Notes under the pieces: model-generated
What the model was told of the DNA's origin: nothing
Databases searched by the model: none
Seen by the model: only the letters and a program-made list of their open reading frames with translations
Source: Fonticula alba ATCC 38817
Taxonomy: Eukaryota; Protista; Nucleariida
Length of the DNA: 64,000 nucleotides
Assembly: GCA_000388065.2 (NCBI GenBank)
Contig: KB932204.1
Direction: 5' to 3' (one strand)
Program-made: the position numbers and the translations under genes
Part shown: positions 1 through 12,876 of the stretch, in pieces
Numbering within the stretch: the first letter of the stretch is position 1
Layout: each line of letters starts with the position of its first letter

Positions 1-2
1 CC

Positions 3-1338
3 AGTCGGCCACAAACTCGCCATCTGCTGGACTTGCCAACTGGCGATGCCGGCCTTCCGGGCATGGTGTCCCCCTGCCCCGGGGGCACTGCCGATATGTG
101 CCTCGGTGCCGGGCCCTCTGAGGAGGGCCCCGATGCCGAGCGCATGGCCGGGCACTTCCTCGACCAATTGCAGTCCTTCCGTGACACGGCCGAACGCCTG
201 TCCAATGAGGTGGATCGTCCGACCCCTCGGTCGTCCGGGCGCCCGGCGGTCATGCAGGGCTCCTCGGCGGCCACTGGCGACTCGACGGCAAGGGTGTCCC
301 CTCGACCGGGAGATGCTGCTGCCCAAGAGGCGGCGGAGGAGGAGGACGACGACGATGTCGATGTTCAGATGGACATTGATGGCCATGTGTCGCATCCTGA
401 GACGGCCGAGCTTGAGGCCTCCCTTTCCCTGCTGGAGCTGCTGGAGTCCTTCCGGGAGCTGCGCGAGGAGGCGGCTCGGCTAAGCCACACTCGACTATAT
501 GGCGGTGCTCCGGCCTCCGGGGCTCGGGCGGCGGCGGCGGCGGCGGCAGCCGCGGCGGCGGCTACTGCAACAGCAGCGACATCGGCGACGGGTGCCACGA
601 CGGCCACAAACTCCTCGACAAGCCCATTGCCCGGGGCTGGAGGCTCCTCGAGCTCGGGCCCCCGGCCAGCTGCCTCGCATGGGACAACGCCTCTTCGTCG
701 CGCAGCCGACATTGTTGTGGATATCAGCTCGGCGCGGTCGTTCGTCTACTCGCTGAGGGCATGGGCTGCCGCGGCTCCGGTTGCCTCGCTGCAAATGGTG
801 GCCGTGCAGGTTGATGAGTGCTTCCCGGCGGACTCGCCGCTCTTCGCGGCGGCTGGACTGGCAGCAGCGGCCCAAGCCTCCGTGGCCGCCGAGGCGACCG
901 CCAATGGCACCCATCCCTCCTCTCCCCTCGAGCGAGGTAGTGACCCGGCCACGATGGCGGAATTTTCGCGCCTGGCCGCCGAACACGCGGCGGCCATTGC
1001 TCTGGCTGACAATCGGCCCTACTGCCGGGCACTATCCCTGACGCCGACGCACTGCAGCTTGACCCAGCTGCCGGAGGTTCCGGTGCTGGTGCTGCTGGTG
1101 CAGCTGTTCTACCTGATTTTGGTGCTCTTCTCGATTGGAGCTGTGGTGATGGCCGTGCTGCTGGCGTCCATGGGTGTGGCATACATCGGTCATCTGCTTA
1201 CATCGCTCATGGCACCGGCCTACACGGGGCTCTTCCCGGTGGGCTACCCCACGGTGCCGGGCTGGCCGCGGTGGCTTGTCGTTCGACGGGTGTTTGTTGG
1301 CATTCCCCTGGCTTTCGTCAGCTTTTCACGTTCCGGGA

Positions 1339-1371
<33 letters not shown>

Positions 1372-1466
1372 ACCGCGGGCAGGCTGGCGAATCACCGGCT
1401 GCCGCGGCTCCGGTTGCCGCCGATGCCGGTCCGGACGAAGTGACTACTGCTGCGGCAGCCGAGTAG
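3..1466 (+). CDS. Hypothetical protein, 5'-truncated by the window edge, with C-terminal hydrophobic (putative transmembrane) segments
   Basis: The frame is open from position 3 to TAG at 1464-1466. It is Ala/Ser/acidic-rich, then has hydrophobic stretches (VPVLVLLVQLFYLILVLFSIGAVVMAVLLA; VFVGIPLAFVSF). It is followed by CT/CA tracts typical of non-coding DNA here. No family recognised. Confidence 0.5.
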
Positions 1467-1492
1467 ATGGGCCACTTTTCTTCTGCCTTTCC

Positions 1493-1523
<31 letters not shown>

Positions 1524-1596
1524 CCTCCCCCTGCCTCTCTCCTTCCAATACATCATACATTTTACACCAGTCTCTCCCGTTCGCTTGAGGGGGTCA

Positions 1597-1598
<2 letters not shown>

Positions 1599-1652
<54 letters not shown>
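1599..1652. repeat. (CA)n microsatellite
   Basis: Uninterrupted CA dinucleotide run. Confidence 0.95.
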
Positions 1653-1661
<9 letters not shown>

Positions 1662-2025
1662 ATCCCTTTTCTCTTTCCTGGCGGCCGCGATCGTTCTACC
1701 TGGCTGGGGCGGACAACACCATCCAGGTAAGTCTACCATCGGACGGACAATGCTGCCAGGTGCCAACGAATGCCCCCTTGCCCGCGAGGGACAGCCTGCT
1801 CGATCCGCCAGGATGATCGCACCGCCCGGGGGGGGGGGGCAAACTTTCCGCGGGCCAAAAGCTGGGTGACACATCCCACATACCATTGGCGTGTTTAGTT
1901 CACGCCTCCCCTCCCTTTTGCCCTACCACCCGCCCTCTGCCCCCTCCATCTGTGTCCCCTCCAGCCCTTGGTCGTCGGATCTCCCCCTTGCGCCTGAGCC
2001 ATCCACCGAAAGCACGCGTGATCCC

Positions 2026-5000
2026 ATGTCCGGCGACGGCAAGCAGTTCGACGCCGGCGATGTGCGGGCCATCCATGCGACCAAGTTCATTCAGGCCCGC
2101 GCGACCGAGTCCGCCTGGTTCATCAATCGCCTGAATGCCCGGTGTGTTGCCTCAACATCCTGCTCCGCGCCCCGCATGCACACATACAGGGAATTTCCGC
2201 CCACACATATCCATGCATCTCTCCCTCCCTGCTCGTGCTCTTTTTTCTTCTCCCTCTCACCCTCTCCCTTGGCCATGTTGAATGTTGGCCACCCTCCCCC
2301 GGGCGGCCCAGTGCCAACACCATGCGCACCTTTCAATCGGTCCCTCGGCATATGCGCCGGCGGATGGCTTCCTACAATCCAAACCGACTGCCGCGGCGTC
2401 TGCGCATGGCGGCCGCGCTGGAGAATGAGCGCCATTTGAAATCCGGCAGCGCGCCGCCCCAGCACGGAGTCGGCATGGCCAGCCGGCGCAAGCGCCGGCG
2501 TCCCACGCGTCTCGTATCCACGGAGTTTGCCCGACGCCAAGCGCGCACTGGACGCCAATGGCTTGAGACACATGTGTGGCATGCCAAACGCTTCCACCTG
2601 CATGATGCTTGGGGATGGCGCCTGCCGTTGCGGGCCACCGACAAGGGCCTGCGCTTTGTGTGGCGGTCCTTCCGCTCGGCGGCCCTGATTCACGATGCCT
2701 CGTATCAGGCCCAGGTGGAGGTGCTGGCGCGACCGGGCAGGACCGGTGCCGATGTTGCACACGTGGAGGCCCTTTTGCGTCGTGCCTTCACACTGGTACA
2801 GCACCCCGCGGTGAAGGGCAACTTGGCGTCGGGTCGGGCCCTGACGAGTGGCCGCGTCACCGAGGGCCTGCTCTTTGCCCCTGGCACCGCTCCGTTTGTG
2901 CTGCTCGGCCCTGTGCGGATCCTTTGGCGCCCAGCAGACGATGCGGAGCCCGGTCGGCGTGCATGGCTCTGGTGCCACCCCTCCATCGGGACTGCCGTGG
3001 CTCAGGCTCTCACTCGGGCCGGGCAGCAGGCGCTGGCTGAAGCCGAGTTTTCCGGCCTGGCTTTCAGTGCTCGGTTGCTGGCCGATCCGACTGTGATTGA
3101 CTTGGCCCCCGATGCGTCTGCTGACAACTCGGAGAGTTTGTCACCCAATCACGAACGGACTGGTCTCCTGCGGGTGTATGGCCCACGCGGGCATGCTGCC
3201 CTGGCCCAGGTGTTGCGCGTGTGCGAGGAAGCCACGTCGGCCCCGGCGGCCGCGCTCTGGCGGCAGCTTGCCCAGTTGCCTTCGGTCAGGGGCCTGGTTC
3301 CGCCGGGGCTGGTCATTGCTTTGGGTATTCGTGATCCGCGATTGGAGGCAACTGCCAGCCTGCGTCAGGGACGGCGCTCGGACCCAATCGCCGATTCGGT
3401 TGTCTCCTTGCAGAATGCCACGGCATTGCAGGCTGCTCTGGTGCGCATTGGGGCACCTTCTGTCCTTCCTCCCCACCCATCTTCCCGGATTGCTCCCCTT
3501 GCCTTTCCCCCTGCTCGAACTAACTCAAAAGCCCAGTCCACCCCTTCGGCCGAATTGGCCCGATCAAATCTGTGGGATGAGGGCACGCGGGTTCGCCTCT
3601 CGAGTGGCCGGCTGCCGGAGCGCACGGTGCAGCAGATGCGCGGCGGGTGTTTCGGCTCTGCCGTGCCCGCCGGGCACCCGGACGAGCCGTCGCCAATCCC
3701 CGTGTTCCTCGTGTCTCGAGTGGTCGGAAGTGGATCAACCGGCTCTGCCCCTTGTGTTCCGGGTGCCGGGACCGGGGTGGCTGATGATGGCTGGGATGTG
3801 ATCTTCCCGTGGGGGTATGCTCGAGATCTTCTTCGGGCGCTGGTTTTCGCCGGGGCCCGAGCCATTGGTGCGTGTGCTGTGGCTGGCTGTCGGCCGGGGG
3901 TCGGGCACTTCCCCCGCGCGACAAGGATGCGCCCATGCTGCATTATTTCTGACCCTCCCTGTCCAAGCAGGTACCCTCGATCTGGAGAGCCACTTCTTTG
4001 AGGAGGGCTACGCCAGCTTCCCGCGCGACGATGTGGACGCCCTGAGTTTCGATTCCTTTGATGACTTCCATGCGGAGGTGGCGCACGATCGCTATACCCT
4101 GCGTCCTGCTGCCAAGCGCCCGGCATTCGCCAACCTGGGCCTTCGATCCCAGGAGGTGGTCTACCCGCGCGACTTGGCTGGATTGCTCACAGGCCAGCAG
4201 GCGTGTCTTGGCTCTGAGCCGGAGGATGCCGAGGGGCCCCAAGCGTGGCCTTTTGCCTTGCCGGTGTGCCGAATGGCCGGCGACCGGCTGGGGCTTTTCC
4301 TCCTGCGCTCGGCCGCCGAGCGTCAGGCCGTCAGTCGAGCGGTCAAGCGCGTCAGGTCCGAAAGTGCCATGGTCTCGAATCAGGCAACTCGCTTGGGCAC
4401 GTCACTCGCCATCCTGCCTGGGGTTCTGCAGGAGGAGGTGGCCCGGGCAGTTGGTCGACCTGGGCTCCATGGTAGTCCGATGATTTCTTGCTGGTTCACC
4501 ATGGTATGTGTACATCTTCCCCTGTGTTCCCCGCTGCCGCTTGCCCTGGCCGCGTGCGCCAGCCTCCTGACTCTGGTGCCTCTCTCTCTCTCTCGCTCTC
4601 TCTCTCGCTCTCTCTCTCTCTCGCTCTCGCTCTCGCTCTCGGTCTCTCCCCCCACCCCCTGTGCAGCACTCTCGCGGGTCGCCCGAGCGTGGGGCCGAGA
4701 TTTTGCTTTTGCCCGCCCCTCTGCGTGATGCCCTGAATGCCATGGGTGCAGTGGCTGGGGCACCCGTTGAGCGTCGCCACTTGCGTGTGGCCGTGCGCCT
4801 GCTGCCGGCTCCCTTCGCCGATGGCGGGAACAATCCGGACTTGCCATGCCGCTTGCCGGTCCTCGGCTATGCCACCACGGCCGGCTACTCCTACTCAGCC
4901 GGCCGCGGGCGAGGAGTGGCTTTGGTATCAGCCTTGGCGGCTGCATCGGCTGTCTGCCTCTCGGAGCAGTCTGGCGCCGGGCCGCTGGCTGTGGATGTGC

Positions 5001-5083
5001 TCCTGCGTCTGCCCTCTTCGCAGTACTACCACCGCGCTACGCTGCATCTGGATGCGCTTTCGGCCCCGGCCCCGGCGCATTGA
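2026..5083 (+). CDS. POP1: RNase P/MRP protein subunit POP1 (spliced)
   Basis: POP1 N-terminal motifs KFIQARATE, FQSVPRHMRRRMASYNPNRLPRRLR and WLETHVWHAKRFHL. POPLD-type GWDVIFPWGYARDLLRALVFAGARAIG..LESHFFEEGYASFPRDD. C-terminal LGYATTAGYSYSAGRGRG. First intron 2142-2311 (GT..AG) restores the frame. Boundaries of later introns are less certain. Confidence 0.93.
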
Positions 5084-5474
5084 GTTCCTTGCTCCGGATC
5101 AATGGCTACGGCCTCCTCTTTTTGTTTGATCTCTCTCTCTCTCTCTCCCCTTCGAGTCGACGGCACCCTCCGCATGATGCGCATGCCGATCAGCGGACGG
5201 GCCGGTTATGGCTCCATCCAGCACCAATAGAATCATGTCCATGAGCTCTTCCCTGTGTCTGGGACACCATGCTTGAGATGGCTTGACTGGCATGAGGATG
5301 TGCTTTCGGTCGGGTGGGGGCCCAAAGGTCAAGAGCAAGGCCCCAAAAGCCAGGGGGGCACGAAAGCCGGAAGGACTCTTGCACCGGAGCTGCGCATCCA
5401 GACAGCCGGGGTCCCTTTTGTCCGGTCGCTCGAACGGGGGTGAATTTCTAGCGAATGTGCTACCTGACTCCCAT

Positions 5475-5548
5475 GGCCGCGTAGCTCAATTGGATAGAGC
5501 ACCTGACTACGGATCAGGAGGTTGTGTGTTCGAGCCGCATCGTGGTCA
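5475..5548 (+). tRNA. tRNA-Arg(ACG)
   Basis: Cloverleaf: acceptor stem GGCCGCG/CGTGGTC, D arm GCTC..GAGC, anticodon arm CCTGA-CT-ACG-GA-TCAGG, T loop TTCGAGC. Followed by a T6 run. Confidence 0.95.
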
Positions 5549-5554
5549 AATTAC

Positions 5555-5560
5555 TTTTTT
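5555..5560 (+). terminator. RNA polymerase III oligo-T terminator of tRNA-Arg
   Basis: TTTTTT begins 7 nt after the tRNA 3' end. Confidence 0.7.
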
Positions 5561-5600
5561 CTGCCCTTTGTCCAAAAGCGAAGTGCAGGAAGCAAAATAT

Positions 5601-5673
5601 TTCCCATACCGGGACTCGAACCCGGGTCTCGTGGGTGAGAGCCACGTATCCTAACCACCTAGACTATATGGGA
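5601..5673 (-). tRNA. tRNA-Glu(CTC)
   Basis: Reverse complement reads TCCCATATAGTCTAGGTGGTTAGGATACGTGGCTCTCACCCACGAGACCCGGGTTCGAGTCCCGGTATGGGAA. Acceptor stem TCCCATA/TATGGGA, anticodon arm CGTGG-CT-CTC-AC-CCACG, T arm CCGGG-TTCGAGT-CCCGG. Confidence 0.96.
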
Positions 5674-6999
5674 CGTGTTAATCATATGCTCGGTAAATCA
5701 GCTGAAGATATTTTGCTCTGGAAGGCGACTCACCGGGGCTGAGTCAGGGCGGAGGTTTCTCGCCCCCCCCCCCCCCCGGACGCCACACACCCAGCCGCGG
5801 GCATGCAAGAAAGCACGCACGCACGCACGCACGAAACCCCCTACGCCTGGGAGCATTAGTAAGACAACAAAAATAAAAAGCCCGAGCACGTTGAAAGCAA
5901 AGGGGACCAGGAAGAATAAGGACCAAACACTCGCCCAGCAGTTGGCAGGGACCGCCCTAGCCAGGAGCTTCGCCCTCCCTCACTCATGGATGTGGAGTTA
6001 TCCCGGAAACGCCCCACACCCACCTGCGATGTCGATCAACTGATATGTCCAGCGCAGTCACCCCTGCCGAGAACATTCGTCCTTTCGGGCTGTTGCTCAC
6101 TGCCACCGAGCCACGTCTGAGCGTTGCCTGCATGCAAAGTGCGCATCCGGGCGGTGTGGCCGCGCCCGGCGCCTGTTCCCGGCCCTGCCTTGTCGTGCCC
6201 GGGTTTCCCAATCTCCAGTTGCTCCCTGGCCCCTCCCCCCGACCCCGGTTCTCTCTGTCGAGATTTCACCGGGCCGAAAAAAACACATGTCGGGCTGGCT
6301 AACGAGCGGTTCAACCCGCCGCCGGCGGGGCGCACCGTCGGGTGTTATTTTCCTCATGAAACCCCTTTCCCGCCCTCCCCCCATCTGGCAGTGCTCCTCT
6401 CGCTGGTTCCGCTTGTGGAGTTCCACGGCGGCGCCGGGGACCAGGCCGCTTCGGGCTGGGGCCGGAGGGGACCGTAAGACGCGGTGAAGGACTCAAGAGG
6501 GGATATCCCAAGCGGGCTCTTCCGCCCCCCCCCGCCCCGCCCCACGGAAGAGGAGCCGCCCACGGCTATTGCGCACCAGCCGCGGGCTGCCGCACACGAT
6601 AGCTCACATCCCCTCCGCCAGTCCTTCCAAACGAAACGAACCCTGGCCTCGGGCCTGGGCCTGGGACAGGGGCACAGGGGAGGGGGGGTGGGGGGGGGGA
6701 ACAAGCACCGCCGTCCGGACTTTCACATGCCCCGGAACAATACCCCCCCCGGAATTGGGCCGGATGACTGGACACGGAGCCGGGGGGGGGGGGGGGGGGG
6801 GGGGGGGGTGGCGACGTAGGGGCAAGGCGGCCTCCCCTCCCCCGCCCCGCTCACATCCTTGCGCCCTATTCGACGAGAATGAGCCCGCGCCTTAAAGAGA
6901 TCAGGCCTCCCCCTCGCTTCGCTCGCGCTGGCGTCCACCCAGAGACGCCTCCCTCCCCCCTCCTTCTCCCCTCCCCCTCTTTCCTCTCTCCGTCCCGCC

Positions 7000-8464
7000 A
7001 TGTCCACCCTTGGCCGCAATCTCTTCATCGTCGCCGCCAAGCGCACCCCCTTCGGCACCTTCGGTGGTGCCCTGCGTGACCTGACCGCCACCGACCTGGC
7101 AGTGCACGCCTCCAAGGCCACCCTGGCCTCGAAGAACATCGACCCGTCGATCGTGGATTCCGTGGTCTTCGGCAACGTCGCGCAGACCAGCTCCGATGCC
7201 ATCTACCTGTCGCGCCATGTCGCCCTGCGGTCGGACTGCCGCGTCGACAGCCAGGCCCTGACCGTTAACCGCCTGTGCGGCTCGGGCCTGCAGGCTGTGG
7301 CCACCGCCGCGCAGGAGATCCTCACCGGCGAGGCTGAGGTGGTACGTCCATGTCTCCGAATGAGTGGCGGCGTGTGTGGGAGGGACGAGCGGCCATGCGG
7401 GCGCCAGACAGTCGGCCACCGGCCGGCACAAACGCCTCAACCTGCCGACATATATCTAACCCTCCCTGTGTCTCTTTCGTCATAGGTTCTGGCTGGTGGC
7501 ACTGAGTCGATGTCCCAGGCCCCCTTCGTTGCCCGCGGCATCCGCTTCGGTGTCAACCTCGGCACCAACCCCGCCCTTGAGGACTACCTTTGGACTGCTC
7601 TGACTGACAACTACATCAAGGTGCGCCGGCGGTGGCATTAGCCAAACCCCCTGCCCTGTGCGCGCTCCGCCCAGAATGGCGCCCAGTACTTACGCGCCCT
7701 CTCTCTCTCTCTCTCTCGCACACACACACGCACACACAAAGACCCCGATGGCCATCACTGCTGAGAACCTCGCCGTCAAGTATGGCATCACCCGCGAGGA
7801 GGTCGACAACTACGCCCTTCAGTCGCAGCACCGCTGGGGTGCCGCCCATGAGGCTGGCATCTTCGCCGACGAGCTGACCCCCATCGAGTACAAGAGCAAG
7901 CGCGAGGTCAAGACCCTGGACTTCGATGAGCACCCCCGGCCCAGCACCACGATTGAGGGTCTGAAGAAGCTGAAGCCCGTCTTCAAGGCCGATGGCATTG
8001 TTACTGCCGGTGGTGCTTCCGGCATCAGCGACGGCGCTTCGGCCCTCATTGTGGCCAGCGAGGAGGCTGTCAAGAAGCACGGCCTCACCCCGCTGGCTCG
8101 CATCGCCGGCTGGCAGTCGGTCGGTGTCGACCCCAACATCATGGGTATCGGCCCCTGCCCCTCGATCACCCGCCTTCTGGCTCGGACTGGCGTGACCCTG
8201 GACCAGATTGGTCAGATTGAGATCAACGAGGCCTTCGCCGCTCAGGTTCTGGCCTGTGCCAAGGAGCTTGGTCTGGATGCCAACCGCCTGAACATCAACG
8301 GTGGTGCGATTGCCCTGGGACACCCTCTCGGTGCCAGTGGCGCTCGCATTCTTGGCCACCTGGCTCACCAGCTGGCCAACGGCAAGAACTCCTCCTCGTA
8401 TGCCCTTGGCTCGGCCTGCATCGGTGGTGGCCAGGGTATCGCCGTTCTGCTGGAGCGCGCCTAA
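7000..8464 (+). CDS. ACAA2: 3-ketoacyl-CoA thiolase, mitochondrial ACAA2-type; exons 7000-7341, 7486-7620, 7742-8464
   Basis: N-terminus IVAAKRTPFGTFGG, catalytic NRLCGSG, GGTESMSQAP, EINEAFA, GGAIALGHPLGASGARI and SACIGGGQG. Two phase-0 GT-AG introns give a continuous frame. Strong codon bias. Confidence 0.93.
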
Positions 8465-8918
8465 ACGCCCCACATGCTTGCCAAGCTGTCGGCTCATTTC
8501 CCTCTTCTCCCCCCTCCCCCCTTCCCTTCCCTCGCCCCACACGAAAGGAAGGTTATAATGCGAGGGGGGGGAGGGAGAGGAGCTGCCTCTCTTTTCACCC
8601 AAGAAAGAGAGGGACTTGTATTTCCGACTACACATTACACTGTTAAAAAGAGCAACAACAAAAAAAAAGAAACATTGTCCCCCTCCCCACTCACCCGAGG
8701 AAGAAGGAGATCCGGACATCAAGTTGGAAAGTACATTTGTCGGTTTATTTTTTGTTTTTGTCCTCCAAAAAGGGAGGCGGATGACTTTGCGGGAGGAAGC
8801 ATTAAAGGCCCCCATCCCCAGTGGAGGGGGAAGGGAGCTGGCGAGGAGGATGGAACAGAGGGCAAGCAAATGGGGCGGAGGAAGGAGGGAGAGGGAAGCG
8901 GGCCTGGGAGTACATCCC

Positions 8919-11094
8919 TTAGTGAACCTCCTCGAGGGACTGGAGAGCGGCCTCCCAGCGCTCAAGGTCCTTCTCGAAAGTCTGGACATAGAGCGCAGCG
9001 TAGTCAATCAGGATATCGACCATGTCCTGGGCTGTGGGGAGAATGGTGACAGTGGCGACAGGTCAGAAGGACGGGGGAAAGAGCAAGGAAAGGGGGGAGG
9101 GGTAAATTGCGCACCCTTGGTCGCGGAGTAGGACTCATACTCACGCAGGATAGCCTCCTCGGTGGCGTGCAGGGCGTTGTTGCGCTTCTCGATGGCCTCG
9201 TCGAACTACGTGGGGGGGGGGGGGGGGGCGGGGTCAGATTTGAGAAACTCGCGGAAGGGGAGGGGCAAAATCAAAGGGGAAGAGGCATGACGCACGTCCT
9301 GGATCTCCTTGGAAAGCTGCTCCTTCTGCTGGCTGCGCGCCTGATCCGAATTGGAAGACACCAGGCGGGAAATGCTCGAGAAAGCCCCGCCAATGGAGTT
9401 CCAGCTGCCCTTGTCCTGCGCGGAAGAGACAAGGCAGAGCAGAGACAAGCAGTCAAGGGGGGGGAGGAGGGGTTCGAATCAGTAGGCTGGGGAGCGAGGG
9501 AAGGCGAAAGGGGAAGGCGGGAAGAAGGAGAGACCCGGCCGAAAAAGGACGAGCGGATACGTACCGGGTCATCGAGGGCGGCCAGGTGGTTCTCGCGCGC
9601 GGTGCGGCTGGCGATGACACTCTCCAGAACCGCGGCACGCTGGGCGTGGTACTTCAGCACACGGTCCACCTGCGGGGGGAACTGCGCGCGCTCGGCGATA
9701 CCACCATCGAGAGCCCGGCGCGTCAGCTCGCGGCTCAGATAGCTGGCCGACAGGAGGGACTGGTCGGTGGCCACGCCGAGATCGTGCAGAGCCTGCGCAA
9801 GGGCGCCGGTCTCAATGGCAGCCATGCTACGCAGCACAAGAGTCAGCTCGCCATGGTCGTTGGAGATGCCTGCAGCAAAATGAGTAATGTCCAAGGGGAT
9901 ACGTAGACAAGACAGGAGGGAGGACAGGGGAGGGGATGAAAGATGAGCGGGACGGAAAGTCGGGAAAGGGAGAGGTATGTAGAGAGAGAGAGAGAGAGGA
10001 GGGGGGAGGTGAAAGAAAGGAAGAGACTATTCAGGGAGGGAAGGGCGCACTCTGCTGACGGTTGACAATCTGCTGGAGAGCGCGCTCCAGGGCGGCAATC
10101 TGCTCGCCGAACTTGTTGTTGGAGTGCGCCACCTGGGCAAAGCGACCCTCGATCTTCTTGCCGGTGATGCTCATGTTGCCGATGTTGATGCTGAAAATGC
10201 CGGTGCCGATGTCCTTCTTGTCCTCGGCCTCCTGCTGGTTGCGGGCCTCTTGCTGGTTGCGACGCTCGGCCTCAAGGATGTCGAGCTGAGACAGGAGAAG
10301 AGGGTGAGTGGTGGTCAGAGGCAAAGGGAGAGCCAAGAACAAAGAGAGAACATACCCAAGCAGGGGAAGAAAGGAAGGCATGGAAGACAGGGTTCGAGGC
10401 CAGGACGGGGTGATGTGCAATACGGTTGAGGAACGCCGAGAACTGCACGCAGCGCTTCTCCACCACCGGGGACTTGTCGTCAACCTTGGAGACTGAAATC
10501 CAAGGAAAGGAGGACAATGCAGGTGAGTGGCTGGTGACAGGGCAGGAAGGAGAGGACAGGGGGGGGGAGGGGGGGGGGGAGGGGGAGGGGAAGATGGTGG
10601 TGAAAGTCGAGGAGGATGACTGATCAGTGAACGGCAGTACCCTTGCTGAGCATCTCCTTGCCGGGGATCGGCGGGATGATGACGGTAGGGTACAGAAGGC
10701 AGAGGATGTTGTGCAGGGCCTCGAAGTCGGAATAGCGCCGACGGATGCAGTGGGACTGGATGGATGTGATGCGATGTGATCCAGGGGGGGGGGAGGGATG
10801 TGCACAGGGGGGGATTGATTGTGTGAGATGGGGGGTGGACGGCTTGAGCACGGGAGGGAGGAGCAGAGGGGGCAGGGCCAGGAGCGAACCTCAATCTTGA
10901 CAGCATACGAAATGTATGCGGACTTCCCCTGCGAGGTGCGCGGGTCGGTCACCTGGATCATATGCTTCCCATGGTAGAGGAGCTCTTCGATGTTATTGGA
11001 ATAGGTCTGAAGACGGGGGAACAGGGTCAGCAGGGGGACAATCCACAAGAGGCCAAAGGAAGCGGAGAGGGCGAGTGGCACGGACGCCTTCCAT
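8919..11094 (-). CDS. PX-BAR sorting nexin (SNX4/SNX7/Atg24-like), multi-exon
   Basis: PX motifs IQVTDP..AYISYAVK, IRRRYSDFEALHNILCLLYPTVIIPPIPGK and VEKRCVQFSAFLNRIAHHPVL..FHAFL, followed by helical BAR-like exons ending ..ERWEAALQSLEEVH*. A 9-nt first coding exon (ATGGAAGGC, 11086-11094) is inferred. Confidence 0.85.
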
Positions 11095-11631
11095 TGTTAC
11101 CAAGTGTCCGGGATGTCGGGGGAGAGAGAGAGAGGAAGAGAGAGAGAGAGGGAGAGGGAGAGGTGGCGAGGAGAGGGGGAGAGGGGGCAGGAAATGGGGA
11201 GCGCGTAAAAGGGGGGGGGGAGGGGGATGGGGAGGGCTTGGCTGGAGAGGGGTCAACAGGTTGTGCCAGTTGGATGGCCCTTGGACTTGGGGAGATCACT
11301 TTAGGGATGTGGGCACCGATGGTGGGGGATGTCAGCACACAAAGGGAGACACACGCACTCACGCGAAGGAAGGAAGACCTTCCGCGGGACTGGGGTGCAT
11401 GGGCCTCCCTCAACTGGCGAGGCCCGTTGGAAACCCACTGACGGCAAAAAGAAAACAAACAACCATCCCTCTTTGAGAGCAAGAGGCAGCCCTCTTGTCG
11501 GTGTGAGATGGAGGACCCATCGTCAGGCGCGCGCCCGTGCTGACCTCCCCACCTCGGTGGCACACTCGGCCCAATGCACCGCGGGGTCTGGGGAGCACCC
11601 CCACCGAAAGAGTCCCCCGCGCTGGGCAGCC

Positions 11632-11738
11632 NNNNNNNNNNNNNNNNNNNNNNNNNNNNNNNNNNNNNNNNNNNNNNNNNNNNNNNNNNNNNNNNNNNNN
11701 NNNNNNNNNNNNNNNNNNNNNNNNNNNNNNNNNNNNNN
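11632..11738. other. Assembly gap (N run)
   Basis: Run of N. Confidence 1.
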
Positions 11739-12876
11739 GGGCGAAACACAAGGGCGGCCGGGCTGATTGAAGCATGTGCTGAAAATCCCACCCGACGTCA
11801 GGGCTGGGGGGGGGGGAGGGGGAGCACAGGAGTCGAAGGTGAGGCCCAACAGGCGCCCGTGAAAATGGAGTTCCACCCTCCGAGACGAGGCACCCACCAC
11901 AAAGCAGGTCCTCCAGTCATCGCGGTCCGGCCTGGCCGGGGCGAGACCGCCTCCTGCGAGATGGACAAAGCCACATGGATGCAGCAGTGGAAAAGCCACA
12001 TCCGGCAGGGCACCAAGTCGGGACAGGTCGGCGGCAGGGGAGATCAACTGCCACCGGCTCCCGGGCAGCTGGGGGAATATCCTCGCTGCCGAAACCAAAG
12101 CCCAAAGGCAGGCCGAAGGGGGCCAGGTACGGGAGTGGGAGCGAGAGCGGGGAGAGGGGGGGGGGGCCGGGGGCAAACCGCCTCAGGGCCCAGCAGGCCG
12201 CGAATGTTGGATTAAGGCCCCGGGGGATTAACCCGCACAATCGCGGCTGGCGCCAGGCCAGGACGGAAATCCGGCGACGCCTTCGTGTGCTTCGAGCAAT
12301 TTTCGGCTTGCTGATAGCCCCGTTGGATTCCCCGCCCCAGGGCCACCGAGGGAACAAAGTCCTTAATTGGACCGTGCATATCCGGAATCCGTTGGCACAT
12401 GCCGGGTCGTCACCCCAGGCGACGATCCAACGACGATCACCCGCCGCCGCTGGCCCTGTTGGGTTTGTTCACCGCCCATTCGCAAGGGAGGGCGAGCGGG
12501 TCCGGGGCGCCTTGTTGCCAGTTCCTTCGGCGAAACTTAGGCAACGCATTGCTCCGTGGAAACCGTTGCCGTTGTTGAAATACACATACCAAGCCCGTTT
12601 GCGGGCCAGGCGCAACGCCGCCCGTCCTTCAACCTCCCTCCCCCCTCAGGCACAGGGGACGGGGAAGGATTGAACCGCTGGCCACAGGCAGTTGCCACCA
12701 CCCCCGGGCGCTCTCCCAGACCCCAGGAGGGGAAGATCGAACCCCACCCTCCCTCTCCTCCGTGAGCATTTTTCGGCTCGTCTTGATCCCCTCCCCCCTG
12801 CCAGCGACACGGCACAGCATCTTCCCCCCCCCCTTCTGCCCTATTCACAGCGTGTCCCCCGCGCCCCCCCCCCCTG

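Noticed and set aside
1467-1886. ORFs with HTHTHT/CVCVCV/ERERER/LSLSLS runs, here and throughout the window
   Set aside because: These are translations of CA/TG/GA/CT microsatellites in introns and intergenic DNA.
7616-9007. 463-aa antisense ORF over the thiolase
   Set aside because: Same codon-bias shadow effect, and it runs through intron and UTR sequence.
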